From Candidatus Gastranaerophilales bacterium (GTDB taxonomy: Bacteria; Cyanobacteriota; Vampirovibrionia; Gastranaerophilales; Gastranaerophilaceae): a stretch of 64,000 bases of DNA. The position numbers and the translations under genes were made by a program. Under the pieces are notes generated by a model that ran no database searches, was not told where the DNA came from, and saw nothing but the letters and a program-made list of their open reading frames with translations. Below, one piece after another: positions 56,916 through 64,000 of the stretch. Where the stretch lies: the NCBI GenBank assembly GCA_900768915.1, contig CAAGEQ010000010.1:45963-109962 (forward strand), written 5' to 3'. Within the stretch, counting starts at the first letter, position 1, and each line of letters starts with the position of its first letter.

Positions 56916-57473
56916 ATGGATAAAGTATTAGAAGAAACTTTAAAAGAATTAGAAAAAACTCAAAAAGATTTTTGGAATGTAGCAAGACAAACTGGTAATT
57001 TTTTGAATATGTTAGTAAAAATGAACAATTCAAAAAAAGTATTAGAAATAGGTACTTCTAATGGTTATTCTGGTTTATGGTTTTTGAATGCTTTAGAATA
57101 TACAGATGGACATTTAACAACTATAGAATTTTATGAAAAACGACAAAGTGTAGCGATTGAAAATTATAAAAAATGTGGTTTTGATGGTAGATTTACAGCA
57201 TTACGTGGTTCTGCCTGTACTTTATTAGAATATCTGCCAGAAGATGCCATGTTCGATTTTATTTTTATTGATGCTAATAAAAAGGAATATATCAAAGATT
57301 TTGAATTGATAAAACCTCATTTATTACCTCATTCAATTATTGCTGCTGATAATGTAAATTCTCATAGAGAAAAAGTTCAACCATTTTTAGATGCAATTTA
57401 TGCAGATGAAGATTTTCAGACAGAAATATTAGATTTACCTGCAGGTTTATCATTATCTTATAAATTAAGTTAA
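56916..57473 (+). CDS. Class I SAM-dependent O-methyltransferase (caffeoyl-CoA OMT / YrrM-like)
   Basis: VLEIGTSNGYSGLWF motif I, FDFIFIDANKKEY, AADNV. Confidence 0.75.
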   Translation: MDKVLEETLKELEKTQKDFWNVARQTGNFLNMLVKMNNSKKVLEIGTSNGYSGLWFLNALEYTDGHLTTIEFYEKRQSVAIENYKKCGFDGRFTALRGSACTLLEYLPEDAMFDFIFIDANKKEYIKDFELIKPHLLPHSIIAADNVNSHREKVQPFLDAIYADEDFQTEILDLPAGLSLSYKLS

Positions 57474-58153
57474 CTTAGGATTATCCAAAAAATTCTTTTT
57501 GCAAGTACTGATAAGTATATTGCTATTATGCTGAAAAATATATCATAGAAAAATTTAAAACCACTCATTGAATATAATAGGTTTCTAATCATTAAACCGT
57601 TTTCGTGTTTAAGACAAGCAATTATAAGTAAAATTAATGCTCCAATAATATTTATGATTATTACACCGGCAAGAACTGCTTTAAATACATTCATAAATGA
57701 ATATTTTCTGTTTAAAATGGAACCAGCAAAAAATAATGCTGGAATATAAGCAATAATGTAACCTATGCCATATTGGAATATGTATTTCCAACCGCCTCCC
57801 ATTGCAAATATTGGGTATCCGACAAATCCCAGAATCATATAAAGTAATATTGTTATTATTGAATATTTTTTGTCTAATAATCCAAGAATAAAAAATATAA
57901 CAGGTACTTGTGGAATATATTTCACTGTTTTTATAAAACCAGCAATGTTTGTACCATTATCAGTGAAATAATTTCCCCAATTAGAAAATATATCTAATGG
58001 AATATAGAAATGCTTGAAGTGCAATTCTGTAAAAGTTGCCATAATAATCAATAAAATAGAAAAACCAATAGTAACAAGTGTTCCTAGTCGAAATCTTACA
58101 GGTTCTCCATTGTATTTAAAATAATTTAATTGTTCTTCAACTCGTTTTGTCAT
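57470..58153 (-). CDS. BioY-like membrane protein (putative biotin ECF S-component)
   Basis: IPQVPVIFFILG...LGFVGYPIFAMGGGWKYI...GIGYIIAYIPALFFAG runs parallel to the BioY core pattern. Confidence 0.5.
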   Translation of the reverse strand: MTKRVEEQLNYFKYNGEPVRFRLGTLVTIGFSILLIIMATFTELHFKHFYIPLDIFSNWGNYFTDNGTNIAGFIKTVKYIPQVPVIFFILGLLDKKYSIITILLYMILGFVGYPIFAMGGGWKYIFQYGIGYIIAYIPALFFAGSILNRKYSFMNVFKAVLAGVIIINIIGALILLIIACLKHENGLMIRNLLYSMSGFKFFYDIFFSIIAIYLSVLAKRIFWIILS

Positions 58154-58677
58154 TTTATAATTATTTCTTCTTCAAGTTTTTCTATATTTCTTTTGTATAA
58201 CTCTTTGTATTTATCAGAAAAAATATTTTCTGTCCACATAATTAAGGCATCTTCATTGTTATCTTGATAATAACCTTTTCTTGTACCTAACGATTTAAAA
58301 CCATATTTTTCATATAGTTTTATTGCAGGTATATTACTTACTCTAACTTCTAAAGTTATATATTTTATGAATTCATTATAACAATCCTCTAACAATTTTA
58401 CAATAAGTGTTTCTGCAATATGTTTTCTTCTATATTCTTTGCTAACGGCAACGGTTGTTATATGTGCTTCATCTACTATATGCCAACAACCGGCAAAACC
58501 TGTAATATCTCCATTTGGCATTCTTGCAGTATAATATTTTGCAATTTTGTTGTTTATTTCTGTATAAAAGGAATCTTTTGACCAGTGATGTTGACCGTAA
58601 GCATTAGTTGCAACATCAACAACTTTGTTTACGTCTTCTTTTTGTAGAGGGTTAACATAAATTTCTTGTTTTGTCAT
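58150..58677 (-). CDS. rimI: GNAT acetyltransferase, RimI-like
   Basis: HITTVAVSKEYRRKHIAETLI, LEVRVSN..AIKLYEKYGF. The ATG at 58677 follows the upstream stop. Confidence 0.7.
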   Translation of the reverse strand: MTKQEIYVNPLQKEDVNKVVDVATNAYGQHHWSKDSFYTEINNKIAKYYTARMPNGDITGFAGCWHIVDEAHITTVAVSKEYRRKHIAETLIVKLLEDCYNEFIKYITLEVRVSNIPAIKLYEKYGFKSLGTRKGYYQDNNEDALIMWTENIFSDKYKELYKRNIEKLEEEIIIK

Positions 58678-58678
58678 T

Positions 58679-58933
58679 TTAGTATATTTCCTCTGGTTCT
58701 TCTCCTGGTTCAGGGATTCTTTCACCATCTTCAAGCATAATCATTAATGTTAATTTTAACTGTCTTTTGTAGCCTTCAAGTGCTTTTTCTCTTGTCTTTG
58801 CACAGAATACAAAACTTGGAAATTCTTTTATTTCAATGTAATGATATGGCTGTTGATTGAAGTCTAAATCAGTTCCTTCAACTAATGTCCAATTTTGGTT
58901 AAGATAGTATTCTATGTCTTTATTAGTCATCAA
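58679..58933 (-). CDS. HicB/UPF0150-like small protein
   Basis: IEIKEFPSFVFCAKTREKALEGYKRQLKLTLMIMLEDGERIPEPG resembles the HicB N-domain pattern. Confidence 0.45.
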   Translation of the reverse strand: MMTNKDIEYYLNQNWTLVEGTDLDFNQQPYHYIEIKEFPSFVFCAKTREKALEGYKRQLKLTLMIMLEDGERIPEPGEEPEEIY

Positions 58934-59621
58934 GAGAGTTCCTTCTTAGTGGTTGTTTTAACATTAAACCTTCGCCACCAATCACATTGGCTTGTTTACC
59001 ATTGATATATAAATATACGGGCTTTGTTGTATTGTTATTTACGGTTTTTATTAGTTGGTACATTCTTTTGTAAAGACTGTCACCACCACCACCAAATTCA
59101 AAATCAGATGAAAGATTAATAATTATTCTTTTTTGTGTTTCTTTTACATAGATAAGTTTTGTGCTTGATGGAATTTCTGAATATATACCATTTTTCTTTT
59201 CACTAGAAGTTGGACCATTTAACAATGTTTTAACAGCATATTCAATATCTGAACATTTATTACCATTCTTAATACGTGGTAATGCTACATATACATCTTG
59301 TCCATTAGATGATTTTGTGAAAAATATTTTTACGTATTTGTCGGCTTTTTTTATAGATTTTTGTTGAGTGATATTATTTTTTTCTTTTGCTTGTTCTTTT
59401 TGTAATTCTGGTTGAATTTCAGAATAATCTTCCTTTACAGAACGTTCTGTTACTTTAATTTTACGTTCAAAAGTAGGCATTTTGATATTGAGATTTTGGA
59501 TTTCTTCTAAGAAATTGAAATCTTTAAGAATTGTCATTTTTGCATATACTGCAATTGCAATAATTATGACAATTATGCCGATTGTATTTGTATTATTTCT
59601 TTTCTTTCTTTTTCTTCCCAT
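58923..59621 (-). CDS. GerMN domain protein with an N-terminal membrane anchor
   Basis: LLNGPTSSEKKNGIYSEIPSSTKL...INLSSDF...LYINGKQANVIGGEGL. Confidence 0.6.
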   Translation of the reverse strand: MGRKRKKRNNTNTIGIIVIIIAIAVYAKMTILKDFNFLEEIQNLNIKMPTFERKIKVTERSVKEDYSEIQPELQKEQAKEKNNITQQKSIKKADKYVKIFFTKSSNGQDVYVALPRIKNGNKCSDIEYAVKTLLNGPTSSEKKNGIYSEIPSSTKLIYVKETQKRIIINLSSDFEFGGGGDSLYKRMYQLIKTVNNNTTKPVYLYINGKQANVIGGEGLMLKQPLRRNSLDD

Positions 59622-59625
59622 ATTG

Positions 59626-60453
59626 TTAAGCCTTTTTAATTACGAGATTACCATCAATACAGATTTTTTTATCTTGAACTTTTACATTTTTAACAGTCAT
59701 AGTTGAGTCTGTTCCATTAAACAAATTTAGTTTAATATTCTCTAACAAATTGTAGTTATTCATTACATTCGCAATTCTTTCAGAAAAATCGTGTCTTGTT
59801 CCACTAGTTTGGATATCTGTAAGTATAATTTTTCCATCTTCTATTTTTGGACTACCAGAAATAGAAAATTTTATAGATTTACTAAAAGGAAATCTTATTG
59901 CTGTATTAAGCCTAACTTTGTTATCGGTCAATTGAAATTTGAATTTATCAATACTAACTAAAGGAATCATTGCTGAAAAACTATTAAAGAAGTTATCTTT
60001 TTCTACTGTTTTATTTAAATCATCTTCTGTGATTTCTACGACATAATCCATAGGTACGTCAGTCTTAAAAACAATAGGCTTTTTACTATAATCAACATAA
60101 TTAAAATTAGAGGTTGTTTCTAGATGTAATTTTGAAAAATAAATGCTATCTTCTAGGCATAAATCTTTCCCATCGATTATCAGACCTCTAAACTTACCTT
60201 TTTTAAGGTCAACACCGCTAAAAGAATCTATTTTAACTGTGTAGTCACCTTTTACATTTTTATTTAAAGCTTTTTTGATTACATTTTGAGCAATATGTCT
60301 TGTTATAAAATTATATCCAAACATATTGGTTGTAACTCTTACTAATGTTGATGCTGTTTTATATTCATTTGTGTTGTCTTGTGCAAATGACGGTGTTATA
60401 TTTAAAAATAGCATACTTAAAATGATAATTGATAACAAATTTTTCTTATTCAT
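59626..60453 (-). CDS. Secreted hypothetical protein (possibly DUF2993/LmeA-like)
   Basis: Signal peptide MNKKNLLSIIILSMLFLNITPSFA. The family assignment is only an impression. Confidence 0.35.
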   Translation of the reverse strand: MNKKNLLSIIILSMLFLNITPSFAQDNTNEYKTASTLVRVTTNMFGYNFITRHIAQNVIKKALNKNVKGDYTVKIDSFSGVDLKKGKFRGLIIDGKDLCLEDSIYFSKLHLETTSNFNYVDYSKKPIVFKTDVPMDYVVEITEDDLNKTVEKDNFFNSFSAMIPLVSIDKFKFQLTDNKVRLNTAIRFPFSKSIKFSISGSPKIEDGKIILTDIQTSGTRHDFSERIANVMNNYNLLENIKLNLFNGTDSTMTVKNVKVQDKKICIDGNLVIKKA

Positions 60454-60583
60454 AAAAAACCTTCTATCTTAATTTTTGTTATATATATTTTAGCATAATT
60501 TCTTTATTTTTGGGTATCTATTTTTTGTAGTATTTTATTTGATTTTATGTGTTATGATAAATTGATAAAGTGGAGAACTTTTT

Positions 60584-61510
60584 ATGATAACTAGAATGAA
60601 AAAATTAGTAAAAGTTGTTTCTAATAAAAAAGAATTTGATGAAAATAAAATTATTGCTCAAGTTTCTACAGTAGGCATTTTGGGTAATGTTGTATTATCT
60701 GGTTTTAAATTATATGCAGGTATTGTTGGTAAATCTTGTGCAATGTTATCTGATGCTATACATTCTTTATCTGATGTATTTGCGACATTAATTGCTTTTA
60801 TTGGTGTTAAAATTTCTAAAAAAGCTGCTGATAAGGCTCATCCTTATGGACATGAAAGAATTGAATGCGTTGCATCTTTGTTGTTAGGTTTAATTTTGTT
60901 TTTTACAGGTATTGGTATTGGTAAAATCGGTGTTGAAAATATTATATTTAAAAATCATGATGTATTAGTTATACCCAAAATGCTCGCTTTGATTGCAGCA
61001 ATTGTTTCTATATTAACCAAAGAAGCAATGTTTTGGTATACAAGATATTATGCTAAATTGTTAGATTCTGCAGCATTTATGGCAGATGCTTGGCATCACC
61101 GTTCAGATGCATTTTCTTCTATAGGTTCATTGATTGGTATTGCTGGTGCTATGTTAGGATTTCCTGTTTTAGATTCTGTTGCAAGTGTTGTTATTTGTAT
61201 ATTTATTTTGAAAGTTTCTTATTCTATTTCAAAAGATGCTTTATCTAAAATGTTGGATACATCTTGTGGAGATGATTATGAAAAGAAACTTATTGCTTAT
61301 ATTGAAAAACAAGATGATGTTGTATGCGTAGATGTTTTACATACAAGAATGTTTGGTAATAAGGTTTATATTGATTTGGAAATAGAAGTCGATGGTAATA
61401 AATCATTACGTGAAGCACATAAGATAGCAGAAAATGTTCATCATAATGTTGAAACTCATTTTAAAAATATAAAACACGTTATGATTCATTTAAATCCTGC
61501 TGAGGAATAA
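60584..61510 (+). CDS. Cation diffusion facilitator (CDF) transporter
   Basis: HSLSDVFATLIAF, DAWHHRSDAFSS, C-terminal cytoplasmic domain. Confidence 0.85.
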   Translation: MITRMKKLVKVVSNKKEFDENKIIAQVSTVGILGNVVLSGFKLYAGIVGKSCAMLSDAIHSLSDVFATLIAFIGVKISKKAADKAHPYGHERIECVASLLLGLILFFTGIGIGKIGVENIIFKNHDVLVIPKMLALIAAIVSILTKEAMFWYTRYYAKLLDSAAFMADAWHHRSDAFSSIGSLIGIAGAMLGFPVLDSVASVVICIFILKVSYSISKDALSKMLDTSCGDDYEKKLIAYIEKQDDVVCVDVLHTRMFGNKVYIDLEIEVDGNKSLREAHKIAENVHHNVETHFKNIKHVMIHLNPAEE

Positions 61511-61560
61511 ATTGTAACGGGTATTCTTTTATTATATACTATGTTTGATAGGAGTATGAA

Positions 61561-62484
61561 ATGGAAACAATTGGTTTAGATAAAGAAGAATTATTAGATT
61601 TATATAATACGGATTTAGAGACGTTATTAGAATTATCATCTCAATATATGTCTAAAAATATTGAGTTTTGTTCTTTGGTTAATGCGAGAAGTGGAAAGTG
61701 TTCTCAAAACTGTAAATATTGTGCTCAAAGTAGTCATTATAGAACTGATATTGAAACATATCCTTTAATAGATAAGGAAGAAGTTTTGAAGGCTGCAAAA
61801 GAAGCAAAAGAATATGGCGTTAATCATTTTGCAATCGTTACTTCTGGAAAAGATCCGGAAGAAGAAAATTTTGATAAAATTATTGAACTTATTCAAGAAA
61901 TAAATAAAGTTGATGGAATTAGTAGTTGTGCATCTATTGGTATTTTGAACGAAGAAGATGCTAAAAAACTTGCAGATGCTGGATTAAAAAGATTCCATCA
62001 TAATATAAATACATCTCAATCATATTATCCTGAAGTTTGTACAACTCACACTTGGGAAGATAGAGTTAATACTTGTAAATTAGTAAAAAAATATGGTATG
62101 GAATTGTGTTGTGGTGTAATTTTAGGTATGGGTGAAACTGTAGAACAACGTATTGAAATGGCTATGGAATTAGCAGAAATTCAACCTGATTCTATTCCTA
62201 TCAATATTCTTATGCCAATCCCTCAGACTCCATTTGAAAATTATGGAGATAAGATTGATGAAGAAAATATTTTAAGAACTTTAGCCGTATTTAAAATTTC
62301 CAATCCGAATTCAGTACTTCGTTTTTGTGGTGGTCGTTTGAGATTATCTGAAAAAAATCAAGAATTGGCTTTGAAAACTTGTGTTGAGGGTATCTTAACG
62401 GGTAACTATTTGACAACGACTGGTAAAAGTCCTCAAGAAGATTTAAAAACTGTTGAAAAATTGGGTAAAACATTATTAAAATAA
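61561..62484 (+). CDS. bioB: Biotin synthase (radical SAM), paralog 2
   Basis: CSQNCKYCAQSS, FHHNINTS, CCGVILGMGE, RFCGGR; collinear with paralog 1. Confidence 0.8.
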   Translation: METIGLDKEELLDLYNTDLETLLELSSQYMSKNIEFCSLVNARSGKCSQNCKYCAQSSHYRTDIETYPLIDKEEVLKAAKEAKEYGVNHFAIVTSGKDPEEENFDKIIELIQEINKVDGISSCASIGILNEEDAKKLADAGLKRFHHNINTSQSYYPEVCTTHTWEDRVNTCKLVKKYGMELCCGVILGMGETVEQRIEMAMELAEIQPDSIPINILMPIPQTPFENYGDKIDEENILRTLAVFKISNPNSVLRFCGGRLRLSEKNQELALKTCVEGILTGNYLTTTGKSPQEDLKTVEKLGKTLLK

Positions 62485-62741
62485 CAATATCATGTTAATT
62501 CTTTAATAGTGTATATTTTACGATTATTAAAATGCTGTATTTCTTGCTATGTGTAGGTTTTACACTATTTAGTTTTGTAAAATTATTGTCATTATTGGAC
62601 TTTACCCTGTTTTAAAATGGTTAAAATGTGGAACTATATTAATGTAAGGATAATGTTACTCAAGCCCCTTATAGAGTGTTACACCCCATCACCACTCTTT
62701 AATAAAAAAGGTATCTGTTTACTCCAAAAAGAGGTGACATT

Positions 62742-63989
62742 ATGGATACCATTTGTTCCAGTTTTAATCACGAACGACTAATGATTTTGTGTGCTAATGT
62801 AGTTTTAGTTGCTTCGTTTATATTCTCACAAAATAGTTTTGTATTTGCTGACAATATAAAAATTGTCAATGGGATAGTATCTCCTCCGATATTAAATTCT
62901 CTTCAATTGGAAAGGCATTTAGATAGAATTATTACGGAAGAAGAATCAGTTTCAGAGTTTAATGCCTACATATCAAGGAAATATGCAAATTGTAAAATTT
63001 ATGATGTAGGAAAGGGTATAAAACATATAAAATTGGTTAGGTATTATCAAGGGAGACCTGTAAGATTAAATGTAATTGAAGCAGACTTAAATGTAAATCC
63101 TAAATTAAGAGTAGAACCAGTATTAGCCTCAACAACTCTATCAAGAAAAGCATCGATAACTGCAATGGCAAAACGAAATAATTCACTAGTAGCAGTTAAC
63201 GGTGCTTTTTTCTTGCCACAAACTGGTTGTCCTTTGGGTACAATGATGGTAAATAAAAAATTATATACCGGTCCGGTTTTCAACCGTGTTGCAATGGGTA
63301 TTTTTGATAATGGATTTGCAATGGATAGAGTAAAATTGAATGCTACTATTAAAAGTGGTTGGAATACTATTAAATTGGATAATATTAACCAACCAAGAAT
63401 GTCTATTGCTTATACAATTGCTTACACTCCTGACTGGGGACAATTATCTCCTACTACTCCTAAAAATGGAGTTCAAATTGTTGTTAGTAATAATAATATT
63501 ACAAGTATTACAAAATCACGTGTACAAATTCCAAAAGATGGTTATGTGATTGTTGGACCTGCTTCTGTATTAGGTTCATTGAAAGTTAAAGAAAAAATTT
63601 CTCTTGATATTAAGACATTGCCTGATTGGGAAAATGTAAACCATATTATTAGTGGTGGACCATATCTAGTTAAAGATGGTAAAGTATATGTTGATATTCA
63701 AGACCAAAAATTATTGGCAATTGGTGGTAGAAATCCAAGAACTGCAATAGGTTATACAAAAGACAATCATTTTATTATTGTTACAGCCGATGGTAGAGAA
63801 GGCAGTTCAATAGGTCTTACCTTAAAAGAATTAGCATATTATATGCAAAAAATTGGTTGTGTTAATGCAATGAATCTTGATGGTGGTGGTTCAACTGTTA
63901 TGTATGTTAAAGGATACATAACAAACAAACCTCCTGTAAAAGGTGGTATTGCCCTATCAAATGCATTGACAATAGCAATGTATGAATAG
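62742..63989 (+). CDS. Phosphodiester glycosidase family (DUF2233/NAGPA-like) protein
   Basis: GGPYLVKDGK, GRNPRTAIGYT, VTADGR, GLTLKELA, NAMNLDGGGS. Hydrophobic N-terminus. Confidence 0.75.
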   Translation: MDTICSSFNHERLMILCANVVLVASFIFSQNSFVFADNIKIVNGIVSPPILNSLQLERHLDRIITEEESVSEFNAYISRKYANCKIYDVGKGIKHIKLVRYYQGRPVRLNVIEADLNVNPKLRVEPVLASTTLSRKASITAMAKRNNSLVAVNGAFFLPQTGCPLGTMMVNKKLYTGPVFNRVAMGIFDNGFAMDRVKLNATIKSGWNTIKLDNINQPRMSIAYTIAYTPDWGQLSPTTPKNGVQIVVSNNNITSITKSRVQIPKDGYVIVGPASVLGSLKVKEKISLDIKTLPDWENVNHIISGGPYLVKDGKVYVDIQDQKLLAIGGRNPRTAIGYTKDNHFIIVTADGREGSSIGLTLKELAYYMQKIGCVNAMNLDGGGSTVMYVKGYITNKPPVKGGIALSNALTIAMYE

Positions 63990-64000
63990 ATTACTTGCCA

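Noticed and set aside
62485-62741. 257-bp spacer before the phosphodiester glycosidase gene as a possible riboswitch or sRNA
   Set aside because: It has only short inverted repeats (AATAGTGTA...TACACTATT, AGAGTG...CACTCT). Nothing resembles a riboswitch core that I know, so support is insufficient without covariance-model searches.
1-64000. CRISPR arrays, rRNA genes, IS elements or transposases, prophage genes
   Set aside because: No regularly spaced direct repeats, no rRNA-like conserved sequence, and no transposase, integrase, capsid or terminase-like ORFs were seen on either strand.

Overview
AT-rich (about 30% GC by eye) bacterial chromosomal window, densely coding on both strands, with no rRNA, CRISPR array or transposase seen. 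The RpoD C-terminus (KLRHPNR) weakly suggests a cyanobacteria-related, non-photosynthetic lineage (Melainabacteria/Vampirovibrionia-like); this is tentative. Housekeeping genes: rpsU, dnaG-rpoD, rpmB, family-4 UDG, adenine deaminase, tsaC, grpE-dnaJ, rimI, tRNA-Gln. Other modules: (1) a metal-homeostasis locus of ArsR/SmtB repressor, P1B ATPase, ZIP and SulP with three palindromic operators, plus a separate CDF gene; (2) an OmpR/HK two-component system divergent from a PAP2 phosphatase; (3) two BioB paralogs and a BioY-like gene; (4) a three-gene restriction-modification operon (two C5 methyltransferases and a DUF3883-type nuclease) beside two large orphan genes and tRNA-Gln; (5) a six-gene hyf/complex-I-like membrane operon whose large subunit appears to lack three of the four [NiFe] cysteine ligands (Ehr-like). 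The most unusual signal is a set of about 7-10 orphan proteins with varied enzyme-like domains (GNAT, CheR-type MTase x2, PPDK_N ATP-grasp, PcfJ-like, HExxH, S8-like, EF-hand). They have no classical signal peptide but share an N/K/Y-rich N-terminal leader ending in a [IV]-[SN]-F-x-[GA] motif, which may be an undescribed targeting signal for an effector-like set. A repeated hairpin element in two divergent intergenic regions and a 42-bp perfect palindrome are also reported.
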